Assembly: GCA_002269645.1 (NCBI GenBank)
Contig: NIVC01002334.1
Span: forward strand, 62,001 to 126,000
Source of the DNA: Macrostomum lignano
Taxonomy: Eukaryota
Direction of reading: 5' to 3'
DNA: 64,000 nt
Shown: one piece after another, positions 1 to 23,706 of the stretch
Layout of the letters: each line of letters opens with the position of its first letter
How positions within the stretch are numbered: the stretch's first letter is position 1
The notes under the pieces: model-generated
The model's database searches: none
The model's input: only the letters and a program-made list of their open reading frames with translations
Told to the model about the DNA's origin: nothing
Made by a program: the position numbers and the translations under genes

Positions 1-9632
<9,632 letters not shown>

Positions 9633-12306
9633 ATATTCACAGGGCTGATACGTCATCTCGAAAGGAAAACAACAACAGTATTTGTCCCGTCTGTCTGCAT
9701 GCCAATTCAACTTTGCACTGCGTCTTTCAGTTGCGGTTAATTTTGTGCTAATGCTTTTTACTCATAATTTAATAATAACTATTCATTGCCTAATTTATTT
9801 ATTTAATAACGCACAAATTGCGTGTGTGTACGAAAATTGGCCTGGGGGAGCTGTTGTACGATTCCAGCCATGAGGACAAATCGGCCCTAAGGCACGGAGA
9901 GTGTGACACATGCCTGACGAGTGTGTAAGAGTGCGTGTCTGTGTACAGTATTGCGCGTTTGCATGTGCTCATCAGGAGTCAGCGATATGCGTTGGTTGTA
10001 CTATTATTATATCTATGACTAATATAAGCACAGGCCTTTACATGTACATACATTGCCTTTGATCACATAACTACTAAAAGTACACGCACAAGCAACTCCT
10101 GCAGTGCCTGTAAGCGACGCTCGGTTTTATAATCTACTTTAATAAGTGCTTTGATTTCTTTCTAAAAAAATTGATGAGCTATTTTTTACCTGCTTAACCC
10201 TGCTTGACTGTACATCTGCCGGACATCGAATTCTAATAGTTAGTTAAACGACCTTGGAGTTGTTTTTTGAGAATACTCTCAAGTCTGCTGCTAGTATATA
10301 TCTGTGCCTTTTCAATGCGGACATCATTCCATAGTTTTTACGCAGTCTGCTGTAAATATTCGCGCTTTTAAATCGACCCTGTTCTAACGTATTAATTATT
10401 TTCCGGCTTTTTTGTACTTTAGCTGTGAAATTCAAGGAAAGTAGTTCCAGAGGGTGAAACAAAAAATCTTCCAATGCTACTGATACATGTATACAGTAGT
10501 TCGGTGCAGTCAGATGCTCTATTATATTTTTAAGCGCAACAGCAAACAATGAAGTGTGATCTATATGCTCGTAATGTAGTTCATATTTTCCTACCAATAC
10601 GCTCGTACTCAATGGAGTGCTATATTGATTTCTTAGCTTCAAAGTTACTCGGGGACCAATAAGTGCGTTTCAAAGTTTCTGGAAAAAATACACTGTCTAT
10701 TTTGCGTAACAATTTTAATAGGATCAAGTGTAATTTAACACCAAACATTTTCGGCTGGGAATTCATGCAATAATGGCAATATCAGCTTTATATTTCTTTT
10801 ATCGTTGTTTGTATAATTGAACCGCAGAAAAATTGCGCAAGTTACGAACATTTAATTGTACACAGCCATGCATATACTTACGTTTCAACAAAGGCAAAAT
10901 TTAAAATTCAATACAAAACATTGTATTTTGAAATTTTGTTGGTTGGTAAGAAACAGTTTGAAGAGCTTTAAATTTTTAATACGCTCGATCGTAAGTCGAA
11001 TTATTTCGTCAACTAAATTCGTCAGATTCATTTTCGTTGAAAGACAATCTAAATCTAATTTTTCGAAATGAATGAATGAAAAAAGACGTCGATAGTGTGT
11101 GAAAATGGTGAAATAAAAAAACAGTTTTTAGTACCAGAATCTGTGACACAATTGTTAAAAATACTTTCCGATTAAATTTATATAATTCTTGTTAAAACTT
11201 GAATATGCTGATTTATCAAATCTAATTTATTGTCTAAAAATAATTTTCTATATACACTATCAAAGAGTTTGTAACGGAAATTTGGGGTCTAAAATACTGA
11301 AAATTGAGATAGGCTGTAACATGTAATATCATGTAAATAGTAATATATATACTGTTCTTGCAATTGTAATTGTGAAAATTAATAACATGAGCAAAAGTTA
11401 GGCATGCAGCTACTGTTTTAGCGTAAAACCGTGGTTATAAATAATTGGTTGGCAATGATAACAGCAAAATAATAAAAACTGATAAAACGTGAAGTATAAA
11501 ATGCTGTTCAACTGCATGCTTATAAAATTACTTGTTGTGAAACCTGCTGGAAGTTGTTGAAATTATATGAACGAGACTTTAAGACTTTTCGAGAATAGCA
11601 CAGGAACTAAAATTAATTTTTTTTGTCAGGAGATCTATATGTACACTCGATTTCTACGTAGTTTCTTGTAAATTTTTGAGAGGTAGGTGGTTACAGAAAA
11701 AATGAATTATGGAGATATATAGGAGGTTTTCATATTGGTATAGCTTTTGATAGAAGGTAGACTCAATGTTCCTTTTTTCTATAAATGACTTGCCTTTCAA
11801 TTTATAGCTAGCTTTACTGATGTTCTTATTGGTTTTATGAATCTATTTTATCATTCTGCTACACTTTTTTGTTACATAGTCATAAAGAACGATTTTTTAC
11901 TTCTAGGCACAGGACATATGTATGTACATGTAGGATATAAAATTAACAGTGTCCTAAAACAATGAAAACCTCCTATCTTCGTAATGCATCTTTCCGGTAA
12001 AACCTGCCTCAATTTTTTAAAAGTAACCTAGTTTCCCGATCTTCTACTCAGGTAGGCCTTGAATCCAATTTCTCATCTGTAGAGGACATCTTGTACTAAG
12101 ATCTTAAACTTATTTTAAAAAAAAACTCGAGTATAGCGTTCTATTACTTCAGCTGGCCATACAGTAAAAAACTTTTAGATGTAATTGGTTTTTTAAAGCT
12201 TTTGAAAAAAAAGGTTTTGTTTGTTTTACTTAATTTACAAGATACCGTTTGAACATTGCTACTGGAACTGGAGGTGAACATTGAATCGTCTCTCGTGTCA
12301 ATGTCG

Positions 12307-13277
12307 CTACTTGACTTCCTGCTGCAGCTGCTGCTGGATCAACTGCTGCTGCTGCTGCCGCTGCAACAGCTGCCTCTTCCACGGAGGCAGTTTCGCCAGC
12401 CGGTCCTCGGCCTCCTGGGCCTTCGCAGCTTCTGTGGCCTCGCGCGAAGCTTTCTCAGCAGCTTGCCGAGCTCGAAGTTCGCGCAACCACTGCGGCACCT
12501 GAGGCCTGTCGTCGGCTGGTGGCTGAGACGCCTGCTGTTGAAGCTGCTGATGATGCGAACGGGATGCTGGGATGCTCGGTCCCGGCGTTGTGGGCTGCTG
12601 CTGCGGCTGCTGCTCTGGACCGTCAGTTGAGTCGAAAGGCTGCGACTTTGGCCGGACCTGCCGGCCGCCCTGAGCCGCCAGGCGTTGCGTCTTCTTCAGA
12701 TTCGACGTGTTGAACTTCTTCAACTCTTCGATGAGGTCGTTGTGCGGATCTGGCGGCTTGCGGAACTGGTTGCGGATGGCCTGCAGGACTCCGCCGCCTC
12801 CGCCAGCCTGGTCAGGCTGCTGGTTCTGCTGGTACTGCCTGGGCAGAGGGAATCTCGGAGCCTCTGGCGGTGGTGGCGGGGGCGGCGGCACCGATGGAGG
12901 CGGTGGAGGAGGCGGCGCTGCTGGAGGCGGCGGTGGAGGCTGCGGTGACTCAGACCGGGCGGCTGAACCCGGACTGTAATGATGAAGCTGCGGATGTCGC
13001 TGCTGCGGATGCTGTTGTGGATTCTGCTGCGGATGCTGCTGAGGATGCTGCTGCGGATGCTTTTGTGGATACTGCCCCGGCTGATGGGAAGCGAAATCCG
13101 GGATGTCGTAGCCGTTGCTGCCGTTAAACACGAACACCGAATTCTCCTCCTGCGCAAGGTCGGTTAGGATTCAATTTCGATTTTAAACTTTCAGTTCTTA
13201 CTACTGACCTCAGTAGTTTTTTCAGGCGTCAATTGCTTTTAATAAAATGCTAACAAACAAACAAACAAACAAACTAA

Positions 13278-13308
<31 letters not shown>

Positions 13309-13362
13309 ACTAACTAACTGACAAACTAACTAACTGACTAACTAACTAACTAACTGACTAAA

Positions 13363-13439
<77 letters not shown>

Positions 13440-13440
13440 G

Positions 13441-13539
<99 letters not shown>

Positions 13540-13540
13540 G

Positions 13541-13575
<35 letters not shown>

Positions 13576-16500
13576 GACTAACTAACTAACTAACTAACTG
13601 ACTAACTAAGTAAGTAATTTTGAGCATAAAACACACTTCTTAACTTAAAAATGGCTCAGTAATTTTTCAAGGTTCACAGAAAGTATTTTGTCAATTTCTG
13701 CAAACCTTTACGCGAGTTTCATTAGTCTCAGTTCGCCTCGCTTCCTGCCCAAAACCGCTCGCGCTCACTCAGCTAAAAGCCAAGCTTTTTCACAATGAAA
13801 GCAAATGGCCGCCAACAAAGTTTCCTGCCTTCTTCTTGCTGCTTTGCCAGTTTAGTAATAAAAAATACAAAATAGAAATTCTATTCCTGTAAGCTTTTGT
13901 GCGATACAGCGCTGGTGTGCGAGGCTGATGTGGTCAACTATAAAGCCGAATGTATTGACGAAGTGTACATTCAATATATTTAGGGTACTCTACAGCACTC
14001 CTGAGGCACGAAAGAAAGCAGTTTCATTTACTGAGAGAGAAACTGAGACACAGAAAGAGATGCTTTCTATTCACGAATAGTTTTTAAGAGAGAAAAAACC
14101 TGGCTGGGAACTGGCGCAATGGGCCTCTCGCATGAATATATATGCTTGGCTAATTCTTTCGTGTGTCGCTTTCTTTCTGTCACAAATTTCTTTCCTAATC
14201 ATTCCAAGTGTAATTCAATCTAACTTTAATATGAGCTGTTAGTGCACGCTGAACTTGCGACCTGAAGGCGATTAATGCTTAAATATAATCCCCTTTAAAC
14301 ACGGCCAAAAAGACTGCGTGCACAGTGTGAAATGCGAAAATTATATTAAAAATTAAGTTGCTTAAAATCAACTTTGGACAAAACACACTCGAAAAGAAAG
14401 AAACACGCACACACACTCGGACAAAACACACACATTTGGACAAAACACACACACTCGGACAAAACACGCACACTCGGACAAAACACACACACTCGGACAA
14501 AACACACCACACTCGGACAAAACACACTCGAAAAGAAAGAAACACGCACACGCACTCGGACAAAACATACCACACTCGGACAAAACATACCACACTCGGA
14601 CAAAACACACCACACTCGGACAAAACATACCACACTCGGACAAAACACACCACACTCGGACAAAACACACTCGAAAAGAAAGAAACACGCACACGCACTC
14701 GGACAAAACACACCACACTCGGACAAAACACACCACACTCGGACAAAACACACTCGAAAAGAAAGAAACACGCACACGCACTCGGACAAAACATACCACA
14801 CTCGGACAAAACACACCACACTCGGACAAAACACACTCGAAAAGAAAGAAACACGCACACACACTCGGACAAAACACACCACACTCGGACAAAACACACT
14901 CGAAAAGAAAGAAACACGCACACACACTCGGACAAAACATACCACACTCGGACAAAACACACTCGAAAAGAAAGAAACACGCACACACACTCGGACAAAA
15001 CACACCACACTCGGACAAAACACACCACACTCGGACAAAACACACTCGAAAAGAAAGAAACACGCACACACACTCGGACAAAACACACACACTCGGACAA
15101 AACACACACACTCGGACAAAACACACACACTCGGACAAAACACACACACTCGGACAAAACACACACACTCGGACAAAACACACACATTCGGACAAAACAG
15201 ACACTCGAACAAAACAGACATTCGGACAAAACAGACACTCGGACAAAACAGACATTCGGACAAAACAGACATTCGGACAAAACACACACACTCGGACAAA
15301 ACGTACACACGGACGAAACAGACACTCGGACAAAACAGAAACTAGGACAAAGCGACATAAGAAACTCGGACAAAACACATACGCTTGAATAAAATAATTC
15401 GCAAAATCGCGAGTGTGGCGACCTTCTAGTTCAAAACTTCGCAGGCACATCATCGATCGCGGGAAGTGCGAACCGAGAGAGAGAGGATAAAACTAATGGC
15501 TAAAGTACACATCATATTAATCGACCACGCCCTAAAAAATCTTTGCATGCAGCCTCTCATCGAAATACGAGTAAGTCATCATGAGATGTATTCATTCAAG
15601 CAAGTATAAGGGCCGATTTTGCCTCTATGCCATCTTTTGCGTATATTCTATCACTCACTTGGCTATGCTATATGCATTTAGCCTTAGGTTTCTAAAAATA
15701 GAAACAGACAATGAGATGGTCAAATACTCACTCTTCATTCTTAAAGGCGTGTATCATTGAAGAGTAATGAGTCATGCATTCAATGAGGAAGGCAGGCTAA
15801 GTAGATTTTGTCTAAGATTGCTTAATAATTAATTTAGGATGACTCTGAGTTGCTTCAGTGAATCTGGGGCCGTCTTGCCGATTTTTTAGACAATATAGAA
15901 GACAGCTAAAAGACAAAATGTACTTGAAAACATATCGAGACACACGAGGGCACAATGAGACATTTAAAGACACAAGACATTTCAAGACTTGTGAGACATT
16001 TCAACACATCCAGATACATGAGGACACATCAATACACATGAGGACACATCAAGACACTGTGAGGACACATCAAGATACATGAGGACACATCAAGACACAT
16101 GAGGACACATCAATACACATTGAGGACACATTGAGGACAAATTGAAACACAGAAGACACATGAGGTCACACGGGGACACACAGGAATCACGGCGAGAAGG
16201 CCAAACAAGAACGAATAAGAAAGACAGAGCAATCCACAAGAGCAACTTACCGATCTTCTAGCAGCGTTCAGCTCAAGCGGTGATGGCATCAGCTGATTCT
16301 GCTGCTGCTGTTGCTGCGGCTTCTGCGACAGCGCCTGCCAGTTAGGCGGCAGAGCGGGCGAGAACGGCGCCAGAGCCGCCACAGTGTCCAGGTGTCCACC
16401 AGCGGCGGCGTAGTGAATTGGCATGGCGCCAGCTCCGTCGGGCTCCCTGGCCAAGTCGGGGCGCCGATCCAGCAGCCACCGAACCATGCCCACGTGACCG

Positions 16501-18355
16501 CCCTGAGCGGCGGCGTGCAGGCAGCTGAGGCCGCGGCTGGTCCGGGCGTCCAAGTCCGAGCGGAACTCATCGACGAGGCACTCGGCGGCGAGACGGTAGC
16601 CCTCCTGGCATGCCAGGTACAGCGGCGTAGCGCCGTTCAGCATCCGGCAGTCGGGGTCGAGAGAACGAAGCGACCAGGACAGCAGGGAGCGCATGACCTG
16701 GCGAGGAAAGTCGGCGTTCGGGATTGGCTTGTCGGGTTTTCGCGACGCATAGTGTGCATTCTTTTGACCTGCTCTTGTCGACTCTCCTTCTCCCCTCTCT
16801 CCTTCTCCCCTCTCTCCTTCTCCCCCTCTCTCCTTCTCCCCTCTCTCCTTCTCCCCCTCTCTCCTTCTCCCCTCTCTCCTTCTCCCCTCTCCCCTTCTCC
16901 CCTCTCTCCTTCTCCCTTCTCCTTCTCCCCTCTCTCCTTCTCCGCTCTCTCCTTCTCCCCTCTCTCCTTCTCCCTTTCTCTCCTTCTCCCTTCTCTCCTT
17001 CTCCCTTCTCCTTCTCCCCTCTCTCCTTCTCCGCTCTCTCCTTCTCCCCTCTCTCCTTCTCCCTTTCTCTCCTTCTCCCTTCTCTCCTTTCCCCTCTCTC
17101 CTTCTCCCCTCTCTCCTTCTCCCTCCCTCTCATTCTCCCCTCTCTCCTTCTCCGTCTCACCACCCTCACTCAGTCGCTACAGACAGCCCTTAACATATTC
17201 GGAACAATTAGCTCACATTAATTTTGCCTTTCATGGCGCTAAAATGAAGCGCAGTGGCGCCGTTTCTAGCGCGATCGTCGGCGCAGCAGGTGGTGTTGGT
17301 CAGCAGCCAGTCTGTCAGGTCTCTCTGACCAGTATAGGCGGCCAAGTGCAGAAGATTCAGCCCTTCTCTGAAAAAAAGAAAACACATTTTTAATATTGAA
17401 AATCGTTAGTTGGTTTAGGTAAATACGTGACTTTAAACACGTATTGGCGGATTAAAGTGCAAATTAAAAAACATATGTACCGAATGTGAACCCGATGCAC
17501 TATTAATTCGGTATAACACTGTTGGTAGCACCGCACAGCCCTCCTGCACAATTAGAGACCCCTTGACAGAAAAAATTATCGCCAAGATTTTAATTGAGTT
17601 GTTAGTATAATAATAGTATGGGTGCAATTAATTTAATTGTCGAATTTTGCGTGGCTTAAAGATACGAGCGTATATCTACTTTGGTCTCAGAGAATTTGGT
17701 ACTAAAGATGTCAAGGCTGAGAGTTCAGAAGGTAAATGTAGTTTATTTTTTTAAATTACTACATTCTTTGCTGGCTCCCCAACGGGGGGCGCTGATTGCT
17801 AGTCACATATACTAAATATCTAAGGTTACTGAAGAAGTACATGACGATTATATTAAGTACATGAATTCTTAGCAAGAATATGAGTACTTAATATCTATTT
17901 GAGTACTTGACAGTGTAGGTTCATCAGTTCTTGACAAGTACACGAGCACTTAATAAGTACATGAAAACTTTATCAGTGCGCTCGCACTCGGCACTGAAGT
18001 GTTGAATTTACCTGTCAGCAGCCAGCGGGTCAGCGCCAGCCTCAGACACCAGCCAGATGACATTCTCCGGATGGCTGGACACCACGGCGTCGTGAGCCGG
18101 CGTGTTGCCGAACTCGGCTGCGGCTCGAACCGACAGGCCAAAGTCGCCGCTGGCCAGGTACTGCAGCGGTGGCAGGTGCGGCGACCTGGCCGCGTAGTGA
18201 ATCAATCCGGCGCCATATTCGTCGCAGACTTCGGCCAATTTTCTGAGGCTGCTGCTGCCGTGACGCTGACGGACGAGCTCGATGCCGGCTCGAAGAGCGT
18301 CGATATCGCCTAGGATTGCCAAGTACAGCAGGCTGGCTTCTTCCTGCTTGTGCAT
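12307..18355 (-). CDS. ESPN: Espin/forked-like actin-bundling protein (about 594 aa); exons 18355-18012, 17367-17217, 16697-16251, 13149-12307
   Basis: Ankyrin repeats include GNTPAHDA and NGATPLYLACQEG, as in vertebrate espin. These are followed by a polyproline tract, a WH2-like DLIEELKKFNTSNLKKT and a C-terminal EDRLAKLPPWKRQLL. GT-AG junctions are in phase. Exon 2 is missing from the ORF track. Confidence 0.85.
13254..13608. repeat. (AAAC)n/(TAAC)n microsatellite in espin intron 3
   Basis: About 350 bp of CTAA repeats with occasional CTGA variants. Confidence 0.97.
14375..15378. repeat. Complex minisatellite with CACTCGGACAAAACACA core (19-21-bp units and about 47-bp higher-order units)
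   Basis: Directly visible; interspersed CACTCGAAAAGAAAGAAACACG units. It explains six overlapping low-complexity ORFs. Confidence 0.95.
15940..16170. repeat. Degenerate 20-bp repeat GAGGACACATCAAGACACAT
   Basis: Visible array close to the donor of espin exon 3. Confidence 0.85.
16785..17152. repeat. Pyrimidine-rich 15-bp repeat (TTCTCCCCTCTCTCC) filling espin intron 2
   Basis: Visible array between the exon boundaries at 16697 and 17217. Confidence 0.93.
17700..17802 (+). mobile_element. Helitron-like 3' terminus
   Basis: Hairpin GCTCCCC-AAC-GGGGGGC, then GCTGATTG-CTAG|T. Upstream GATGTCAAGGC and ATGTAGTTTATT are shared with the copy at 55975. The 5' end is not defined. Confidence 0.6.
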
Positions 18356-20390
18356 CTGCGCTGCCGATCGTTATGGAATTGACGTCTGCTAACTGTGGGA
18401 TTTTATTTTATTTAACTGAATTAACTTAAATCCTCAAAGTGATAATTATATTAATTTTTTAAGTTATAAAAGACTAAAAGAATATAAAAAGTATTAAAGA
18501 CTAATCATTTATTCTTTTTTGTTTAGGGCTGAAAGCTGAATAAGAAGGCAAGCAGCGCAAAAGAATTAAGTATACAAAGTACTTCAAAGTTACACAATAC
18601 CATAAAAGCCATAAACAACTGCTGAAACTAAGCATTTTAAATAGGACTTGAAATTTGCATGCATAAATTCTAACTTAACAATTGTAGTTTATAACTTTAT
18701 ACATTGAACTTTTTATCTAATACAGAGATGGAGGGCTGGAAATTTCAATAAGCACTTTGCTTTTATAACACTTAGTAACTTTTCATTCAAAATTATTTTA
18801 TTTATTACAGATATTTCTATTTATTCGATTAAGCAAATCTATTATTATCAGTGGATATCGATTTCACAAACAAAACACAATTGTAAATTCAGTTTCAATA
18901 CCGACTTTATTAAATAAAAACTGTGATAACTGTGATACTTACAGCAAAATTATTTATAATACTTTCGAAACGGTGTAATCATATTCTTTTCAAATTTTAC
19001 AATAAAATTATGATGAGAGCCCTGTCCGTGGCCGTCGAAAACGTGCTTTGCCACCTTAAAAAAGATGGTAAAAATCATGTTGAAAAAGTGCGTTACTTGT
19101 TTTTAATAGATTCAGAGTGTTAAAACAAATTTACACATGCATTCGAAGATTCGGATGATTGTAATGTAAGGATAATTTTAGTTTAAAATTTTTTATAATA
19201 TTACGAGCTAAATTCAGATTTTTTATCTAAAAGCTAATGCATTAGTAGATATCGCCAGCATCGTGAGCTAGATTATTGAACATTGTCTAACAGGCTTAAA
19301 AACTTTTTTAATTAGGGCATTAAAGTATACGCATCAGAGTATCATGCATTTAGAAAAAGATAGTTTAAAGCATCGCATGCTTTATTTTTATTGAATAATT
19401 TTCAACTGGAAAGTTCATTTTTAATTCCTACGGTTCTGGAAGACAACAGAATATTTTAAACTTAATGCGGACGCCGTGGGAAACCTTTGGCAAGCATCTG
19501 AGTCAAAGACAAAGTCTATTTCCTCTTCAGAACTAGACTATGCATGAAAAATCTGATCCAACCCTTTGAACTGGATCCCATCATCATGATGGACTGCTCG
19601 ACACACTTGATCCTAAAAGCTGCAGGCTATACATGTATATACTGTAGCTTCCTAGCTATGTACATGTACATGGTAATCAACACTTAAAGTTATACTACGC
19701 CATATTAACAATTTGATCCATTATGCATCAATTACTGAAACTTGGCTACCGATCGGATCCGACGTTGAAATAATTAAATCAAGAATGGCAAAGCTGATCA
19801 GGTTTGTTTTTATACATTATGTTTTGACGTAACCCTGGCTGCAGAAAAACGCCTGTTCTAATTCCCCTGGGCTGTGCCGCTGAAAGGTACAGCCGCTAGG
19901 CGTCATCCCTTAGACTTTGTCTGGTAGTTGACGTTTGCGTCCGAGATCCCATCATCTAGACAGCGGGCCCCGCGGTTATGTTTGAAGATACACGCCAGAG
20001 GCGCGGCTGCCACCAACACCGCAGCAGGGAGTACATGTACACCTCGGGAAAAACTGTCACTAACGATACGGGACACCCCGGTCTGTAACAGACGAGGATT
20101 CTTGAACCCAACTGTACTAGAAATGGCCGACTAAGGGACTGTATACGAGGCACACAAGGACCGCTGTCTATGTCAGTGCTGGAAATGAGGACTTTTAAAT
20201 AGAGAAGGGTTCTTTTAGCTCGTGAGAGGTTTTAGACTACAATTCCCTCCTTGAGCCCCAGGATTCCAAAAATGGATAATAGATAACGCCATCTTAATTT
20301 TTTTCCTCCTATACATAGATGGGTTCGATGCTGTATTGGCTGGGGAAATGCAGGTCCTAGAGCTCACTCGTGATAATTCGGCTCATACTA

Positions 20391-21000
20391 TGTAATCTTC
20401 CACTTAGCTCTGATCCTCAGCAAGACCTTCCAGACGCGGCCGACGGCCAGGGGCTGTTTGGCCTGCGTGGTCGTCGGATGGTCATGGCGGCGGCTGCAGT
20501 CACGGATAACCTCCGTCCAGATGAGACGCGTCAGGAGGTCAAAGCCAAGGGAAGTTCAGCTCAGCACCGAAAAGGGAGAACGGGCTCCGAACGGTTGTTA
20601 CAGCTCCAAAGGGGGGAAAAGGAAACAAAAGGTGAAGGAAACGGTCTGTGAACATAGAACGTTGCCTCTCAGGGCTCAAAACAGCTCTTATTTATAGCCC
20701 TAAGATCACGCGTCACGCGATAACGTAAGCGTGATGCGTGATTTTGAAAGCCGTGACTTGTCCTTGACCTCCGTTACCATACGAGAATCCCTGCCAGCTC
20801 GTCCGCTACCTAAGGGCTACCGGGCGAGCGACAATCCACCTCCTGGACTCTCCGCTGCGGACACCGGCACCACCGGAACTCCCTGCGCGACACCGCAGCA
20901 CTAGCTGCCCGTGGTCGCTAGGGGTTAGTGAAATGGGCGGCAACGCCTTCTCGCTGTTTCCGCGCGGACGCACAGAGCCCCCATGTAGCTGAGTCAAGTA
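20391..21000 (-). mobile_element. Possible solo-LTR-like or promoter-bearing GC-rich insertion
   Basis: GC-rich island in AT-rich DNA. It begins TGTAAT at 20391, has a minus-strand TATAAATA at 20689-20696 and a 14-bp stem hairpin at 20705-20742. No TSD or second LTR was found. Confidence 0.3.
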
Positions 21001-21949
21001 AGTCAAGACTCAGAAGATTGATTATTTCTGCCTATCAAGTGCAATGAGAGCTGCATGTACAAGCATACACATGCCAACACAGCAGCCTCAGTTCCCATCA
21101 AATTAAGCAACAGTTCCCAATGACTGAGTACTCAAAACACACGACTTATATATACCAACTTAGCGCAATCCTTCAGCTAGCCATACAGTCAAATAAAATC
21201 GGTCAACTGAAACTGAACAAGTCGATGCATACAAATTAAGAAATATATACTGCACGCTTTACTCTACTGATTGCCTACCTCTCTCGATCAACCAATTGGA
21301 GCACTTCTGCAGGAATGAAATGATGAAGAAACTAATCCAAGCAGCACACATGTAACCCAAGCACTAATAATAACGATAAATATAGATTCATAAAACCTAT
21401 ATGAGTCAAGCTGGGCCATTCTTATCAATTTTAGGTAAATATACATTATATATTTAGGATGTAAAATTAACATAGAATCCTAAATTTCTAAGCTATATTA
21501 TAGAGATATAAGAAAGGCACAGCATATCAAAAGATGAACATTAGGTTCTGCCTTCTATTAAAAGCTTCCCACGTCCTTCTTATACTTGAGCTACGTCCTT
21601 GATGTAGCCTCGATGTGCACTGGCTCCTGCCGCCAGGCGCAACTAATTTTTATACTGTAAATTGAGGAAGAATTTGCATGAATGCTCAACTTACTTTAAA
21701 TGCATTTAAAAGCTTTCTCGTTTCAGTTTAATATCAATTTTTCTCAAATTTCACTGCTCGGAATTTTCTTACCGTGTGAGGCCTAATTACGATTAATTAC
21801 GTTGGACAGCATCTGCGGATACTATGTCCTTTGCTTAGACTAATAAACTAATCATTCCATAACACAAACACAAACTAATGACGGGAATTACGCTTGTACA
21901 TGTACTATCAACGTAGCTGGGAAAAATCGTATGTACAAAATGATTGCCT

Positions 21950-22838
21950 GCAGCGCGAAAAAATGAGTGCCTGCGGCGCTAAAATGAGTGCCTGCGGTGC
22001 CAAAATAAGTGACTGCCTGCGGCGCCAAAATAAGTGACTGCCTGCGGCGCCAAAATAAGTGACTGCCTGCGGCGCCAAAATGAGTGCCTGCGGCGCCAAA
22101 ATAAGTGACTGCCTGCGGCGCTAAAATGAGTGCCTGCGGTGCTAAAATAAGTGACTGCCTGCGGCGCCAAAATAAGTGACTGCCTGCGGCGCCAAAATAA
22201 GTGACTGCCTGCGGCGCCAAAATGAGTGCCTGCGGCGCCAAAATAAGTGACTGCCTGCGGCGCCAAAATGAGAGCCTGCGGCGCCAAAATAAGTGACTGC
22301 CTGCGGCGCCAAAATGAGTGCCTGCGGCGCCAAAAAAAGTGACTGCCTGCGGCGCTAAAATAAGTGCCTGCGGCGCCAAAATGAGTGACTGCCTGCGGCG
22401 CCAAAATGAGTGACTGCCTGCGGCGCCAAAATGAGTGACTGCCTGCGGCGCCAAAATGAGTGACTGCCTGCGGCGCCAAAATAAGTGACTGCCTGCGGCG
22501 CCAAAATAAGTGACTGCCTGCGGCGCCAAAATAAGTGACTGCCTGCGGCGCCAAAATAAGTGACTGCCTGCGGCGCCAAAATAAGTGACTGCCTGCGGCG
22601 CCAAAATAAGTGACTGCCTGCGCCGCCAAAATAAGTGACTGCCTGCGCCGCCAAAATGAGTGCCTGCGGCTCCAAAATAAGTGCCTACAGCGCCAAAATG
22701 AGTGCCTGTGGCGCCAAAACGAGTGCCTGTGGCGAGTAACAACACCGATTCCCAAAAAGTAATGTAGGAATTTAGTCATGTAAAATTCTTAGGTTTGTTC
22801 CCCCACCTAAGCATAAAATCCATGGCGACACCCCCCTG
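21950..22838. mobile_element. Second copy of the array-bearing element seen at 435-1247 (21/25-26-bp unit variants)
   Basis: Units GCCTGCGGCGCCAAAATAAGTGACT and GCCTGCGGCGCCAAAATGAGT. It ends ATAAAATCCATGGCGACACCCCCCTG, similar to ATAAAATCCTTAGCGACGCCCCTG in copy 1. The left terminus was not found. Confidence 0.7.
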
Positions 22839-23706
22839 TTGGCCGATGTGGCAAGTCTAACGTTGTCATCCATCGTTGTATTCATCGATTAGGAGGCCTC
22901 CATGGGTAAACCAACCAGCTGAGCATAAATTCTAATTAACGTTAAAAGCACTTTTCGAACTTCCTTAGCCGTGTAGCAAAACTTGGCTGCTTATCGGGAG
23001 CTGTAAATCTTCTCAAGACAGGAAACCCGATTAGCGTTAACTAGGGAAAGGGGATTGCAAGGCTGCTCTTGGACAAAACTGGATAATCAATCGATAGCAA
23101 CTTTCTCTTCCAGACGCGATCGAAGTCAGAATACGACAGGCTCGCGCTATACTACCAGGAAAGTCAATTTACATGCGCATCGCGGTTATAATTTGACTTA
23201 AAGACGACACCGCCGCGCTCGGAAGAAGGGAACTTTTATCGGTTCCAAGCAGTCAATTGGATAGGATTTTATCGGCCAAGTTATAAAACGTAGAAATCTC
23301 TGACTAGGGTTATACATGTAGGCTATGCATCATATAGTTGTACAGACTGATAGAAAAAGAAGCTTAATTGATAACTAACCGTTTCTTTTTTGCTTATCTT
23401 TCGTGCGGCAAATAGCTGAGGTACAACCGATAGAGGCGTTGTCAATTTTCTGTGCTGAAAGATTCTAAATGTGGTTACCGAAACGTTCCAAATATCTTTA
23501 GCAATCGTATATCTACTTCATATTACAGAGTGGGGAATTGGATGTACCCATGCACATGTAGCAAAACTACAGACATTTTTGTGTCCAATTTGCATGACAT
23601 TCGGTCGGTTTCTGTTTCCATCGATAATTACTAAAACCAAGGTTCAACTTAGTTGCCAAGTGAACCCGATTCAGGATTTAGAGATGCCGATTTTGGATCT
23701 AGACTG

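Noticed and set aside
10244-10642. 132-aa ORF in AT-rich DNA (also 54393-54629)
   Set aside because: It has a non-ATG start, no motif I recognise and no supporting splice structure.
10990-11045. Hammerhead-like CUGANGA...GAAA motifs (also near 33862)
   Set aside because: Stem II does not pair, and the second case lies in FMO coding sequence.
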